Positions 62,606 through 64,000 of a stretch of DNA of 64,000 nt are shown here, in pieces. How positions within the stretch are numbered: position 1 is the stretch's first letter; every line of letters starts with the position of its first letter. The notes under the pieces are model-generated. The model worked only from the letters and a program-made list of their open reading frames with translations. It was not told the DNA's origin and did no database searches. The stretch is from Felis catus. Taxonomy: Eukaryota. A program made the translations under genes and the position numbers. The stretch lies in the NCBI RefSeq assembly GCF_018350175.1, contig NC_058368.1:161946001-162010000 (forward strand), written 5' to 3'.

Positions 62606-63895
62606 AATTACTAGTTTGGTGCTTGAAATAAGTCCAATCATATTAAACTGTATACAGGAAATTAAAAATATTTCAGGATTCTATTAAATAGTTTAATATG
62701 TATGGTAAATAACTTTTATTCTCTGTATATTCATGAAAGGAATAGGATATTTTTAGAAGGCATATAATTTACATAGTTTATCAAAGTTATATATGTCTGT
62801 AATATGTAAACTAATTTTCTTTCTTAGAAAGTTCCATATGAAAAACCATAGTGGGAAACCAGATACATGAATGCATAAACATCACTAAAACTTAGACAAA
62901 ATTTTAATGACCTAATTAGCTAAATTTTATCAAAAGTAACTTAAAGCTTAGATTAATTCACCTAAATAAGCACCCTAGTTCTTTCAGGCCATTACAGGAT
63001 TGGTTTCTGCTCAATAGGTTATTATAAGGATTAGTATATTTCTATTATGAATAAATCATTGCTGTCTGTGCCTCTTCTACTAGGGTAGGATCTTCTTCCT
63101 CTCTGTTTTGCTTCTTGCTTTATTTGACCATGGATTGTGGAAGTCATGGAAGACTTTCCATTAACATCTTAAGTGCTAAGTTTTTCATTCTGGACTTCAG
63201 AAGATCTTTATAACGTTTTGGCAGATAATTAATAATTTCACTTCTCATTTTATAAATTATTTATGTTCTGATGGTACACAGTACAGTGTAGTGGGAGGCC
63301 TAATTTTCCCATGAAGACATTTGCTATGTTGAATTAGAAGTTTTTGTTGTTGTTGTCTTTTTTTCTAAATGGGAACACAAGCTTAGGGTGTATTCAAGGG
63401 TTTATTTTTCTGTATCACTGAAAACAGCAGATGTTATTCTTGAAACAAGAAGGTTCTTCAAATGGGAAAAGGAAAACTTAGTAATAAAAGTATATAGTGT
63501 CATAAACCCATTTGTGCTTTAAAGTACAATGTAAGTGAGCTGTGGAAAATTTTAATTGTTTTTGGAAGTAGAGAATTTATGGTTGTGATTTATCTGTTGA
63601 TCTTTGTAAAGATGGTATAGAATATTATATTGTATATGTACATCTCAAACTAAAACCTGATTGAATATCGGCTAGCCACATGAATTATTTGTGCACTGGT
63701 TCTCTACCTACATAAACCATGATCTATATTTGCTGATATCAACATGGATTGCATCTAGCTCTTAGAAAGTTTGATGAAACAAGTGGATATGTCCTTGCAT
63801 ATGTATCTGTCAACAGTTGTGGTTGAGAAATCTAGTAAAAACTCACTTGAGTCCCAAGTGGTAGTTGTTATTCTTGTAGCCTGATATCATGCTGC

Positions 63896-64000
63896 TTTCT
63901 TTTTTTAAATTTTTTTTTCAACGTTTATTTATTTTGGGGACAGAGAGAGACAGAGCATGAACGGGGGATGGGCAGAGAGAGAGGGAGACAAAGAATCGGA
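63896..64000 (-). mobile_element. Young feline Can-SINE, cut by the window edge
   Basis: TTTTTCAACGTTTATTTATTTTGGGGACAGAGAGAGACAGAGCATGAACGGGGG. Confidence 0.92.

Overview
AT-rich mammalian genomic DNA, almost certainly from a felid, because it carries many feline-type Can-SINEs and carnivore L1s. Roughly half the window is recognisable transposable element sequence: about 24 Can-SINE copies, one near-full-length but disrupted carnivore L1 (about 4820-10622), several truncated or old L1s, MaLR/ERVL/ERV1 remnants, L2, MIR and a Charlie1 fragment. Almost all ORFs in the supplied track are L1/SINE fragments or chance ORFs. The best non-TE result is a 5'-truncated, decayed processed pseudogene of GTF3A (TFIIIA) at about 24147-24685, which the ORF track misses. 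There are also two well-formed minus-strand exon candidates (39461-39558 and 31830-31963) that splice in frame to a C-terminus ending ...GQPITNL*, of a gene I cannot name. A possible plus-strand promoter and first exon lies at about 31.3-31.5 kb. I found no convincing evidence of a wholly new biological system; the unidentified spliced transcript(s) are the strongest lead. TE family names come from recalled consensus sequences, not from a database search.
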